Shown one piece after another: positions 8,328 through 18,539 of a stretch of 64,000 nt of DNA (its first letter is position 1; each line of letters opens with the position of its first letter). Source of the DNA: Waterburya sp. Lineage in GTDB: Bacteria > Cyanobacteriota > Cyanobacteriia > Cyanobacteriales > Xenococcaceae. The stretch lies in NCBI GenBank assembly GCA_965217895.1, contig CBDCJV010000002.1, positions 3,200,001 through 3,264,000 on the forward strand, written 5' to 3'. The notes under the pieces are model-generated. The model did no database searches. It saw only the letters and a list, made by a program, of their open reading frames with translations, and had not been told where the DNA came from. The position numbers and the translations under genes are program-made.

Positions 8328-10862
8328 ATGAAACTCAGATGGATTAATTTGCTTGGTATTATACTTGTTATTTTTACGCTACAAGCTTGTCGGCAACAAA
8401 CAGTAGCTAGTAGAGAATCTGCCCCCGATCAACCAGGAGAAGATGAAAATCTTAACCAGGAATTATGGAATTTTGCTAAAAAAATTCCTTATCCAGGGAC
8501 TGTAACTCAACGAAATGCCGAAGTAGCAATGCGGCTACCCAACGGCTGGAAAATTACCCCAGCAGGAACTCAAGTAGAAGTAGGCAGACTTCCTTACGAA
8601 GCAGTTGCTTACGCAGGAAAATTAGTGGTGTTAAATACAGGGTGGTATGGGCAAGACCCGCAAACTGTGTCGATAGTAGACCCTAAAAATCACAAGGTAA
8701 TCAAGACTTTAGAGTATAAATCACTTTTTCCCAGTGCCAAGCCAGGATTAGACGGCGACCTATATATTAGTGGCGGTTTCGAGCAAAAGATTTATCGCCT
8801 TAATAAACAATTTGAGCCTGTGCGGGAATATTCGATAGAAGGTTACGCAGCAGGAATTACCCCGATAGATGCCCAGCATATAGCAGTAGCTTATATGGTC
8901 GCCGAAAAGGAAAATAAAGATTACGGCAAAGGCAAGCTGGCAATTCTCAACACTCAAACTGGCAAGGTGGAACGAGTTGTGACGGTGGGATATTTTCCTT
9001 ATGCGGTGCAATTTTGGCATCAAAAACTTTATCTGACTCTGTTGGGAGAAAACAAGCTTTTAGTATACGATCGCTCACTCAAGCCTCTACAAAATCTTAC
9101 CGTGGGACGTACTCCCCAAAATTTCTGCACTAGCGATCGCCAGCTATATGTCATCAACTCTACTTCAGATAATATCTCAGTTATTAATAGCAAAAATGCA
9201 GTAGTTAAGACTATTGATCTTCATCCTCATGGATTCAAGTTTGGTAGTTCTCCTACCTCCTGTGCGGTAAAAGCAAATCGTCTTTATGTCACCCAGGCAG
9301 AAATCAATGCCGTAACTGTAATCGATAAAAACAACCAGCAGTTAAAGGGGTTTATTCCTACTGGCTGGTATCCTACCAAAGTGCTGCTTGACCAAGGACA
9401 AATGATGGTACTGAGTGCCAAAGGTATCCATCAGCGTCGTCCTAACGCCAATGGACCACAACCGATCGCGGAAAAAGGTGGTAGTGACTACGTACTCAGT
9501 TTGCTCAAGGGTGCCGTCTCGATTATTCCCCAGTCAACAATTGCTAACCAACTTTCTAGCTGGACTCAAGAAGTTAGCGAGGGTTCGCCCCTTTATAGTG
9601 CTAAAGATGGCATGAAGTTGCCCATCCGCCATATTTTTTACATCGTTAAAGAAAACCGTACCTACGACCAGATTCTCGGTGATTTGGGACGAGGAAACGG
9701 AGACGCTTCGCTAACTTTGTTCGGACGGGATATTACGCCCAATAACCATAAGCTAGCTAAAGATTTTGTGACTTTGGACAATTTCTTTGTCAACGGTGAG
9801 ATCAGCGTTCTCGGTCACAGCTATACTACTAGCGGTTATGCTAGTCCTTTTCTCGAATGGCTGGGAAATATGAGTTACTCCGAGCGTTACAATGGTTATC
9901 CTTTCGGCACTGTACCAGCTACTTTTTCTCCAGCTTACCTGTGGAATGCACTCGAAGCAAAAAACGTAGATTATCGTATCTATGGCGAACCTTACTATCT
10001 TTTCACGCGGTCTTATCAATTGATTGTGGAAACCTTTGGTGCCAATAGTCAATTGGCTCAAGATTTTTATGCTCAGAGTATGAATTTATCTGCTAATGAA
10101 GATCGAGGCAAAGCAGTAAGTGAAGTTTTTAAACCATATTACGGTCAAGCAAACACTCCCTCTCAAGCACTGCGTTTGCTGGAAAATCCCCAGTTTACCA
10201 GTTCCCTCTCCTCCGCATTTACCAATAGCGATCGCCTTGCTCAAGCATTACAAAAAAATCCGACTTTCCGACGCAAGTTTGCCGATTTTCTGGCTCACTA
10301 TCCCTTTAACTACCATTATTATGATTTGCATTATTCCGACCTACAACGCTTTGAGGACTGGAAAACGGATTTTGCTCGACAACTCAAATCTGGCTCTGTA
10401 GCTCAATTAAACTACATTTGGCTACCCAACGACCATACGGCTGGTGAAAATAGCGAATATCCCAATCCTTACGAGCTAGTTGCTCAAAATGATGCAGCTT
10501 TGGGTAAGATTGTCGAAACCGTCTCTAAAAGTCCAATCTGGAAAGATAGCTTGATTTTGGTAGTTGAAGATGATGCTCAAGACGGGCCAGATCATGTGGA
10601 TGCTACCCGCACCGTGGCTTTAGCTGCTAGTCCTTATGTTAAACGAGGAAAGGTAGTCAGCGATCGCTACGACCAACTCAGTTTACTCCGCACCATAGAA
10701 CTAATTCTGGGACTCGACCCCATCAACATGAATGATGGTTTAGCAGCACCAATGTTTGGTATTTTTGATAACCAACCCAACAATAAAGCCTATGTCGCCC
10801 CAGCACCTTCAAACTATCTAATCGATGCCGATAAACAGCGATACGCCAAATTTAAAGACTAA
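8328..10862 (+). CDS. lipoprotein with YVTN/YncE beta-propeller and alkaline-phosphatase-superfamily phosphoesterase domain
   Basis: lipobox LQAC; VGRLP/VGYFP/TGWYP blade repeats; KENRTYDQILGD, WLPNDHT, EDDAQDGPDHVD motifs. Confidence 0.85.
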   Translation: MKLRWINLLGIILVIFTLQACRQQTVASRESAPDQPGEDENLNQELWNFAKKIPYPGTVTQRNAEVAMRLPNGWKITPAGTQVEVGRLPYEAVAYAGKLVVLNTGWYGQDPQTVSIVDPKNHKVIKTLEYKSLFPSAKPGLDGDLYISGGFEQKIYRLNKQFEPVREYSIEGYAAGITPIDAQHIAVAYMVAEKENKDYGKGKLAILNTQTGKVERVVTVGYFPYAVQFWHQKLYLTLLGENKLLVYDRSLKPLQNLTVGRTPQNFCTSDRQLYVINSTSDNISVINSKNAVVKTIDLHPHGFKFGSSPTSCAVKANRLYVTQAEINAVTVIDKNNQQLKGFIPTGWYPTKVLLDQGQMMVLSAKGIHQRRPNANGPQPIAEKGGSDYVLSLLKGAVSIIPQSTIANQLSSWTQEVSEGSPLYSAKDGMKLPIRHIFYIVKENRTYDQILGDLGRGNGDASLTLFGRDITPNNHKLAKDFVTLDNFFVNGEISVLGHSYTTSGYASPFLEWLGNMSYSERYNGYPFGTVPATFSPAYLWNALEAKNVDYRIYGEPYYLFTRSYQLIVETFGANSQLAQDFYAQSMNLSANEDRGKAVSEVFKPYYGQANTPSQALRLLENPQFTSSLSSAFTNSDRLAQALQKNPTFRRKFADFLAHYPFNYHYYDLHYSDLQRFEDWKTDFARQLKSGSVAQLNYIWLPNDHTAGENSEYPNPYELVAQNDAALGKIVETVSKSPIWKDSLILVVEDDAQDGPDHVDATRTVALAASPYVKRGKVVSDRYDQLSLLRTIELILGLDPINMNDGLAAPMFGIFDNQPNNKAYVAPAPSNYLIDADKQRYAKFKD

Positions 10863-11141
10863 TTGAATTATTAGCCCTAACAAAACTTTAGGCAACGGAG
10901 CGATCGCTTATACTCGTTGATTAGAATAATATGTCGATAAGATAACTTATGTGAATAAGGATTACTTTTTTTAATCAAACTGAGAAAACTTTAGATATTA
11001 TTAGAACTATAGTTATCAAACCAACAATAAAGCTACGGTTTGTATTTTTTACTTGATCCCTAAAAGGTTTGACTAATCAAATTAGTTCCCCATTTTGGTT
11101 TTATAACTACGTACAACTAAACTGATGTAAGGAATAAGATT

Positions 11142-11249
11142 ATGAAAGCTTCTTCAAATTTAGGACAATCGATTACCCTAGCTATACTTTTAGCTGCTAC
11201 TAGCATGAGCGTAATTCTTTTAATGTCATTTGCCAGCGGGCAATTCTAA
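11142..11249 (+). CDS. putative 35-aa single-pass membrane protein (not in ORF track)
   Basis: MKASSNLGQSITLAILLAATSMSVILLMSFASGQF*; AAGGA upstream of ATG; terminator at 11341-11368. Confidence 0.5.
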   Translation: MKASSNLGQSITLAILLAATSMSVILLMSFASGQF

Positions 11250-11340
11250 GCGTTTTATCGTCTAAATACTAGCCGATTTAATGCTTGGCAAATTATACCT
11301 TCGATACTTATAATGTTTTAATTAACATTTATAGGTCTGT

Positions 11341-11368
11341 AACGCCTGAATCAAATTCAGGCGTTTTT
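11341..11368 (+). terminator. intrinsic terminator
   Basis: AACGCCTGAA-TCAAA-TTCAGGCGTT followed by a T run. Confidence 0.75.
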
Positions 11369-11509
11369 AATATATTTAGCTAAATTAAAAATCTTACTGC
11401 GCTTTTCAGATGAGTAGACCATAACAGTCAAATTCAAAAAAGCGTCGATACCCCCCGTCAGCAGAAAGGACTTGTCCGCATCTAGACGCAAGGGAACGCT
11501 CGACAAAAC

Positions 11510-11549
11510 AGCTAAGAGCTAAGAGCTAAGAGCTGATAGCTAATAGCTA
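11510..11549. repeat. short tandem heptamer repeat (AGCTAAG/AGCTAAT)
   Basis: about 5 tandem units; same family near 23603, 30695-30727, 30817 and 40190-40220. Confidence 0.8.
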
Positions 11550-11602
11550 CGAACTAAATAATTGTAAACGTAGTCTGTTCAATTGAAAACGGCTATAAGT
11601 AA

Positions 11603-12850
11603 CTATTCTGATTGAAGTATGGTTTTGGATACTAGGCGAGTTTTCTTGCGATCGCTTTGAGATAATTCCTTGCCAATTTGTAAACGGGTAGCATTAGTTT
11701 GCAGAACCGTTGCCCCTTCTTTATCTCCTAGTTGCAGGGCGGTTTTAGCAGCAGTTTGCAACATAGTAGCTGCGCCAGAGCGATTGCCATCCTGTAATTT
11801 ACCTTCGGCAATTTGAGTTTGACGATATTTTGCCAGGGTTAATATATGATTTTGAACCATTTGATTTGGCTGTGGCTGATAATGCCCCTGAGACTCTAGT
11901 TCAATCGCCACGATATCAGAATGTAAATTCTCCTGATTTGTTCCTGGATCGTCGTAACGTAACTGAACAGCCGCAATTTTATGTTTACCTGGAGGTAGCT
12001 GATTAACATAAAAGTTAATTAAGATAATTCGAGGTCGATTTACCATCAAATCTCCCAAACGAACGGTAAAATAATTTCCCTCCAGTTTAATCGGCAGCTC
12101 AATAGTTTCGGGTGCTACCTGAGCAACAGGTTTTAATTCTGCTAGTCGCGTTTTAGGCATTAACTCCACCGTGAGATTGCTATTAGTTAAACCTACAGAC
12201 TGAGCGCGGGTATAGAGTCGCTCAAATTCTGAAGCTGCCTGTTCTGGCTGTTCTATATAAGCCAAAACTCCCTGTGCCGAATCGGCAATTTGCTCTAAAA
12301 TATCTTGATTCCAGTGTTCTCCAAATCCCAAAGCATCAATTGTAATATTATATTCGGCTGCCAATTCAGCTAACCTGAGACAGCGAATATTATCACCATG
12401 TTCATTTTCACCATCAGTCAGCAAAAAGATACGAGATACATAGTGTTGATTGCTAGCTGCCACTTCTTTAATACCCAGGCGCAAGCCTTCATCAATCGAA
12501 GTACCGCCATCGGCAACTATCAGCCTAATTTTTTGTTTAATCGATTCAATGTCAGTAACTAGCTGGTTAGGAACAATTACTCTTGCCCGATGATCGAAAG
12601 TCACAATACTAATGCGATCTTCCGACTTCAGTTTTTCGACAATAGCTATGGCTGCACTTTTGACCATTTCTAAAGGTTCATTAGCCATTGAGCCACTACG
12701 ATCAAGCACTAAACAAAGATTGAGGGGTAATCTAGCTTGATTGGGGATCTCAGCTACGGCAGATATCACCAAGGAAAGCTGACGCTGACTGCTGTTTATT
12801 TGGGCATCAATATTATTATTACTTAGAGACGATTGTAAACCAACTTTCAT
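11603..12850 (-). CDS. von Willebrand factor A domain protein
   Basis: LDRSGSM MIDAS motif, GGT, LLTDG. Confidence 0.9.
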   Translation of the reverse strand: MKVGLQSSLSNNNIDAQINSSQRQLSLVISAVAEIPNQARLPLNLCLVLDRSGSMANEPLEMVKSAAIAIVEKLKSEDRISIVTFDHRARVIVPNQLVTDIESIKQKIRLIVADGGTSIDEGLRLGIKEVAASNQHYVSRIFLLTDGENEHGDNIRCLRLAELAAEYNITIDALGFGEHWNQDILEQIADSAQGVLAYIEQPEQAASEFERLYTRAQSVGLTNSNLTVELMPKTRLAELKPVAQVAPETIELPIKLEGNYFTVRLGDLMVNRPRIILINFYVNQLPPGKHKIAAVQLRYDDPGTNQENLHSDIVAIELESQGHYQPQPNQMVQNHILTLAKYRQTQIAEGKLQDGNRSGAATMLQTAAKTALQLGDKEGATVLQTNATRLQIGKELSQSDRKKTRLVSKTILQSE

Positions 12851-13057
12851 AGTTGCAAAGAAAAAATTAAATTTATTACTCTATGATATTGGTTATGTAT
12901 CGTTTGGGTTGAAACTACGAATTCTAGCTACTAGTTTTTAATTTTATTACCCAAATTGGCAACGCCTTATTACTGAGATCCTGAAAGCAAAAAAGGAGCA
13001 TTTATGACCAATGCCCCAAGTTTAAAATATATTTGTTACTAACTGATGTAATCCTAA

Positions 13058-13849
13058 TTAATCAATGCTGATAGTTGTAGGAGAAGAACCACCACCACCA
13101 GACATACTAGAAGCTTTACGAAAATCTGCATACAGGCGATCGCGCCAAGCAAAAAATGGTTCAAAGGTGATATTATCAGCTAACCCTGGAATACCTTTAC
13201 CCTTTAGCGGATCGGGGATATCTAGATAAGAACCAGAGGGGAATTTTAGCATGATGCTTAATCCTGCTACTGCTAAGTCAGCTAATGTTGGCGTATCTCC
13301 CGTTAGGTAAGGCTGATTTTGCAAAATTAGACACAAAGCTTCTAAATCTTGCGTCAGGCTATTTTTGGCTTCTTTTACCGCCTCACCGCCAAAACCAATT
13401 CCACTACCCAAAACATCTAAAAGTTCTCCAGGAATTGCTCCAATCGCCGTTTTGAGCAAATCTGGTGTGTTAGAAGGTAATATCGAAGTGCGAAAATTTT
13501 GATTTTGGTTTAAAGCTCCAATAAAAGCTTTTCTGCCTTTCAAGCCTATGGACGCATCTGCCCACTCTTCGATCAGCAAACACTGTCCCTTGGCAAGAGA
13601 ATCACTAGGTATAATTGGGCGTTCGGGATATTTGCGTTCGAGATACAAAGCAATTTCGGTAGAATCGCTCACGTAAGTACTACCATCTTTTAACACAGGC
13701 ACTTGACGACTACCAGACTTCTGCATTAATTCTACCTGTCCGACTCCTGGTGTGACCTCAATTTTACGGTACTCTAACTGCTTATAATCGAGAATGAAGC
13801 GAACTTTCTCCGAGTATTGAGATAATTCAAATTGATATAGTTCTAGCAT
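13058..13849 (-). CDS. glutathione S-transferase family protein
   Basis: SQYSEKVR, QVPVL, DSTEI, PTLADLAV. Confidence 0.88.
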   Translation of the reverse strand: MLELYQFELSQYSEKVRFILDYKQLEYRKIEVTPGVGQVELMQKSGSRQVPVLKDGSTYVSDSTEIALYLERKYPERPIIPSDSLAKGQCLLIEEWADASIGLKGRKAFIGALNQNQNFRTSILPSNTPDLLKTAIGAIPGELLDVLGSGIGFGGEAVKEAKNSLTQDLEALCLILQNQPYLTGDTPTLADLAVAGLSIMLKFPSGSYLDIPDPLKGKGIPGLADNITFEPFFAWRDRLYADFRKASSMSGGGGSSPTTISID

Positions 13850-14173
13850 TAAAACTCCTTAATTATCTGGTTGACTTTAACGATTGTTAATGTAGCCTGT
13901 ATTAACAATTAAACACATCTTCCCTCAGTCTAGGTATATCAATTGCAATAGATAGATAGTAAATCCTTATAATTCTTTTTGTAAGTAGTTAGACAAAAAG
14001 ATTACGACTATAGGCAGCAAAGCCTTTTTATTACTATATTAATTAGCTCATCAACAAACTTATTAGTTAAAGGTTGATGTTTTAGTAATAAGCGATAGAA
14101 TAACGAACTGTATAAAGCATTGATCGCAACTTCAGCATCTATTTAAATAGCCAATCATTAAGAAATTATTCTC

Positions 14174-14551
14174 ATGGAATACATCGCATTAGCTGCCCGC
14201 ATCTGTCTCTGTCTAATTTTTTTTAAAGCGGGAATAAGTCACATTACTGGTTTTAGTGGTTTAGTAGAAACAATAAATAGTCAAGGATTGCCTTTAGCTA
14301 CCGTGTTGGCAGCGGGAACAGTGTTTTTTCAACTTTTAGGAGCAGTTTCGTTACTGTTGGGTTACAAGACTAAAATCGGCTCAATCTTGCTAATCATTTT
14401 TCTGATTCCTGCTTCTTTGCTATTTCACAATCCGATCGCCGATCCCAGTCAAATCAATGACTTTCTTAAAAATATCGGTTTGATTGGTGGACTATTGATG
14501 GTGATCTATGCGGGTGCGGGGGCATTAAGTATAGACGGAAAAAAGAAGTAA
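14174..14551 (+). CDS. DoxX family membrane protein
   Basis: four hydrophobic segments, FLKNIGLIGGLL, GAGALSID. Confidence 0.85.
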   Translation: MEYIALAARICLCLIFFKAGISHITGFSGLVETINSQGLPLATVLAAGTVFFQLLGAVSLLLGYKTKIGSILLIIFLIPASLLFHNPIADPSQINDFLKNIGLIGGLLMVIYAGAGALSIDGKKK

Positions 14552-15816
14552 TTACGATCTCTAAACTACCAAAAGTTGTCATTATCGGGGCAGGTTTTGC
14601 GGGTTTGAGAGCTGTCAAAAAATTATCCCACGCTGAAGCAGAAGTACTGTTAATCGATCGCCATAATTATCATACTTTTATTCCTCTTCTCTATCAGGTA
14701 GCTACAGGTTTTGTTGAACCCGAACTAATTGCTTACCCGCTACGCAGCGCATTACGAAATATTGACAATGCTAATTTCTTGATGGCACAAGTCCAGCAAA
14801 TTGATTTGGATGCCAAGACTATTATTACCGACGCTCAAACAATAGCCTATGACTATTTAGTTATTGCTACAGGAAGTCAGGCTAACTTTCTAGAGGTTGC
14901 TGGCGCACCGCAGCACACTTTTCCTTTGAGAACTTTGGAAAACGCTGTGACTTTACGCAACCATATTCTTAACTGTTTTGAACAGGCTCTAAAAAACAAT
15001 AATGATGCCTTTAGGCAACAACAATTAATGACCTTCGTAATTGTTGGCGGTGGTGCTACGGGAGTAGAAATGGCTGGTGCTTTACAAGAATTAATTCAAG
15101 ATTGCTTGGCTAAAGATTATCCTCAATTGGACTTACGCCAAGCAAAAGTAATCTTATTACAGTCGGGAGAAAGTTTACTCAGTACCTACCCCGAACGCTT
15201 GTCTAAGTATACTTTGAAACAGTTACGCGATCGCCATATCAAAGTACATTTTAATAGTCGAGTCAAGGCAGCTACCTCTACAGCAGTTGTCTTAGAAGAC
15301 GATACTAGTGTTGCCACTGCTACGATTATCTGGACAGCAGGATTATCAGCCAATTTTCCCGAACCTCAATCAGATGTGCCTATAGCCAATAAGAATAAGG
15401 TTGAGGTTTTAAACACTCTCCAGTTACCAAATCATCCTCATGTCTATGTTGCAGGTGATGCAGCCTATGTCGAACAAAATGGTAAACCTTTAATTGGAGT
15501 TGCTCCAGAAGCTTTACAGCTTGGTGGTGCGATCGCTAAAAACATCCAGCGACAGTTGAAAGGAAAAACCCCCAAAGATTTTAACTATTTTAATAAAGGT
15601 AGAGCAGCGATAATCGCTCGTAATGCAGGAGTAGCTTATTTGTTGGGTAAAATTCCCCTTAGTGGTTTTTTGGCTTGGCTATTGTGGTTGGGCATTCACG
15701 TTTACTACTTACCAGGATTATCTAACCGCTTTAAACTTCTAGGTGCTTGGTCAAAGGATTATATTTGGCGCGATCGCTCTATTAAACAAATATTTACCTT
15801 TTATCAACAAAAATAA
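14551..15816 (+). CDS. type II NAD(P)H dehydrogenase-like FAD oxidoreductase
   Basis: VVIIGAGFAG lies in frame upstream of the TTG at 14605; second GGGATGVE motif, VYVAGD; true start uncertain, probably non-canonical near 14551. Confidence 0.85.
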   Translation: MTISKLPKVVIIGAGFAGLRAVKKLSHAEAEVLLIDRHNYHTFIPLLYQVATGFVEPELIAYPLRSALRNIDNANFLMAQVQQIDLDAKTIITDAQTIAYDYLVIATGSQANFLEVAGAPQHTFPLRTLENAVTLRNHILNCFEQALKNNNDAFRQQQLMTFVIVGGGATGVEMAGALQELIQDCLAKDYPQLDLRQAKVILLQSGESLLSTYPERLSKYTLKQLRDRHIKVHFNSRVKAATSTAVVLEDDTSVATATIIWTAGLSANFPEPQSDVPIANKNKVEVLNTLQLPNHPHVYVAGDAAYVEQNGKPLIGVAPEALQLGGAIAKNIQRQLKGKTPKDFNYFNKGRAAIIARNAGVAYLLGKIPLSGFLAWLLWLGIHVYYLPGLSNRFKLLGAWSKDYIWRDRSIKQIFTFYQQK

Positions 15817-15840
15817 TTACCGTAAAGGCACGCCTCGTCT

Positions 15841-16452
15841 CTAAACCATTATTCCTTCCATCACTAAATCCACCAATTCATCAACAAATTCATCCGTCAA
15901 TGGTTGATGCTTGAGTAACAAACGATAAAAAAGCGGACTATACAAAGCATCGATCGCAACTTCTGGATCTATACCCTCTCTCAATTCTCCCCTATCAACT
16001 CCCCGTTGAAATATTCTTTTTGCATCTTCTCGTCTGGGAGTTAGCCAGTTTTCTAAATAAACTGCGATTAATTCGCGATCTGCTTGTCCACAACCGATTA
16101 CATTAGCTAAAACTTCTCCTCTGGGACTATTCATCAGTTTAACCAGTTTCTGCATCTGTTCTCTAAAATCCTCTACCACCGAACCGCTATCGGGAAAAGC
16201 TAATTCTGGATTTACTGCTTCTAAAAAAGCATCCATTACTAATGCTGCTTTAGTTTTCCAACGTCGATAGATAGTTGGTTTACCTACTTCTGCTTTTGCT
16301 GCAACACCTTCAATAGTCAAATCCATAAATCCGACTTCAATGAGCATTTCGTAAGCAGCTTTGAGGATTTTGGCTCTAGTTTCAGGCGATCGTGGTCGTC
16401 CACGTCCAGACTGGGTAACGGTTTTGGCTTCTTTGTTTTTAGAGGTTGACAT
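15841..16452 (-). CDS. TetR/AcrR family transcriptional regulator
   Basis: GRPRS...LTIEGVAAKAEVGKPTIYRRWKTK helix-turn-helix. Confidence 0.92.
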   Translation of the reverse strand: MSTSKNKEAKTVTQSGRGRPRSPETRAKILKAAYEMLIEVGFMDLTIEGVAAKAEVGKPTIYRRWKTKAALVMDAFLEAVNPELAFPDSGSVVEDFREQMQKLVKLMNSPRGEVLANVIGCGQADRELIAVYLENWLTPRREDAKRIFQRGVDRGELREGIDPEVAIDALYSPLFYRLLLKHQPLTDEFVDELVDLVMEGIMV

Positions 16453-16476
16453 ATCTATTTGGTTTTCGCTATATTA

Positions 16477-16591
16477 ATTACGTGGCGTAACGTTAAATAA
16501 AGCTATTCAAATCACGTCAAATGTCTATCTATTATCAAACCAGATGAAATGAACTTTTCTTAGTCTAAAGTATTACGTACCGTATCGTTAA
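16477..16591. promoter_or_regulatory. two candidate TetR operators (ACG-N8-CGT)
   Basis: ATTACGTGGCGTAACGTTAA (16477-16496) and ATTACGTACCGTATCGTTAA (16572-16591), 17/20 identical, in the divergent promoter region. Confidence 0.65.
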
Positions 16592-16617
16592 TAAACTTTT
16601 ATTGAGAGATTAAATAA

Positions 16618-17058
16618 ATGAACACAACTACACAACAAATTCAAGCAAAAACAGATAGATCTGAAATTCGCCAACTGACAGAACAATGGATAAACATCTG
16701 GAGTCCCAAAGACAAACCGTTTACAGGAAACGGTTTTGAGAACATCTTTGCTACAAGCAAAAACGAGATCTTAGTTTTCGACAATTTTGATAACGGTGTT
16801 GTGGTGCTACATAGCCTTCAACAATATCTCGATACTTGGATACCAGTAATGGAGAACTTTAGCTATTGGTCAATTCAGTTAGAAGATAATTTACAGATTT
16901 CTATTGATGGAGGTTTAGCAGTAACTACCTTTTCCTGGATAGGTGGAGGAAAAACCAAAGATGGACAAGAAGTAAAAGCTAGACAATACGGTACTCATAC
17001 CTGGAAACGTCTTAATGATGAATGGCGTTTAGTACACGAGCATTTAACCGTTGGCTAA
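16618..17058 (+). CDS. NTF2/SnoaL-like fold protein
   Basis: C-terminal THTWKRLNDEWRLVHEH pattern. Confidence 0.75.
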   Translation: MNTTTQQIQAKTDRSEIRQLTEQWINIWSPKDKPFTGNGFENIFATSKNEILVFDNFDNGVVVLHSLQQYLDTWIPVMENFSYWSIQLEDNLQISIDGGLAVTTFSWIGGGKTKDGQEVKARQYGTHTWKRLNDEWRLVHEHLTVG

Positions 17059-17106
17059 ATCTTAGATAAAAACCAAATCAGATTTACCAAATTTTGGAGA
17101 AAACCA

Positions 17107-17568
17107 ATGTCAAATTCAAATACAGAAACCAAAACAGGATTCAATTCAATGCAAATCGACCACGTAATGATTAGTGTTCCCAATTATCAAGAAACTCTTG
17201 AGTGGTATCAAGATAAATTCAACGCCACGATTGAGAAAGAGTGGACGGTGGATGAATTACCCGATTTACAGTTAGCTTATCTCGATGTTTCTGGCTTTCG
17301 GATTGAGGTTGTAGGAACTACTCAAGCGCGATCGGGAATGCCAGATTTCAAAGACTTTGGCGAAGCATTACGAACAACTGGCATCGGACATTTTTGTTTT
17401 CGAGTAGATAGTGTTGATGATGCAATTTCCGAATTAAATCAAAGAGGCGTACCGACATTCGTAGAAGCTGCTGATTATCCCAACATTAACGTAAGAGTAG
17501 GCTTTGTCAAAGACAACAACGGTAATGTAATTGAGTTCTCAGGTTCCATGAACTCAGCAAAACAATAA
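17107..17568 (+). CDS. VOC/glyoxalase family protein
   Basis: IDHVMISV, GIGHFCFRV, KDNNGNVIEF. Confidence 0.85.
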   Translation: MSNSNTETKTGFNSMQIDHVMISVPNYQETLEWYQDKFNATIEKEWTVDELPDLQLAYLDVSGFRIEVVGTTQARSGMPDFKDFGEALRTTGIGHFCFRVDSVDDAISELNQRGVPTFVEAADYPNINVRVGFVKDNNGNVIEFSGSMNSAKQ

Positions 17569-17603
17569 ATAAAAACAAAGCAATTTATCAGTAAAGAAGA
17601 AAC

Positions 17604-18491
17604 ATGACTAACAATACTATTTCTATTGAGCATACCTTCAAAATAGGCGGAGATTTGACAGTCAACCGCCTTGGTTACGGCGCGATGCGCCTTTCAGGTC
17701 AACCAGGAAACTTTGGCGCATATCCCGACTGGGAGGGTGGAGAACAACTTCTACGTCGTGCGGTTGAGTTGGGAGTAAACTTTATCGATACCGCAGAAGC
17801 TTATGGTGCAGGATTTAATGAACAAATCATTGCCTCTGCTTTGCATCCATATAATGACGATTTAGTAATTGCTACTAAAGGCGGAATCAACAAGTCAGCA
17901 CCAGACAGTATTAAAGCAGATGCCTCACCAGAATTTCTGCGGAGTGGCGTAGAAGGCAGTTTACAAAGGCTAAAACTAGAACAAATCGATTTATATCAAC
18001 TACATCGCCCCGATCCAAAAGTTCCCTTTGCTGAATCTATAGGAGCGTTAAAAGAACTTAGAGATGAAGGTAAAATTCGTCATCTTGGTTTATCTAACGT
18101 AACTATAGAACAGATTGAAGAGGCGCGTCAGATTGTGCCAATTGTGTCTGTGCAGAATAAATATAGTATTAGCGATCGCTCTTTTGAAAATGTCTTAGAT
18201 TATTGTACTAAAAATGATATAGCCTTTATCCCTCATGGTTCTTTGGGCGCACATCCGTTAAAACAAGGCGCACCATTAGCTAATGCAGAGGGAGTAATAG
18301 CAGATATTGCTAATAATAAAGATGTCAAACCCAATCAAATTGCTTTGGCATGGCTACTACACCGCGCACCCAACATCATTCTAATTCCAGGGACTACCAC
18401 CATTGCTCACCTAGAAGAAAACATGGCTGCTAGTCCAATTACTTTTACCTCAGAAGAAATAGCAATGTTGGATGAACTTAAAGCTGATTAG
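17604..18491 (+). CDS. aldo/keto reductase
   Basis: LGYGAMRL, FIDTAEAYG, IDLYQLHRPD, LIPGT. Confidence 0.92.
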   Translation: MTNNTISIEHTFKIGGDLTVNRLGYGAMRLSGQPGNFGAYPDWEGGEQLLRRAVELGVNFIDTAEAYGAGFNEQIIASALHPYNDDLVIATKGGINKSAPDSIKADASPEFLRSGVEGSLQRLKLEQIDLYQLHRPDPKVPFAESIGALKELRDEGKIRHLGLSNVTIEQIEEARQIVPIVSVQNKYSISDRSFENVLDYCTKNDIAFIPHGSLGAHPLKQGAPLANAEGVIADIANNKDVKPNQIALAWLLHRAPNIILIPGTTTIAHLEENMAASPITFTSEEIAMLDELKAD

Positions 18492-18539
18492 GTTCTCTTT
18501 TGTAATTACCAATACTCTCAAAAAAAATCACAGATAAAC

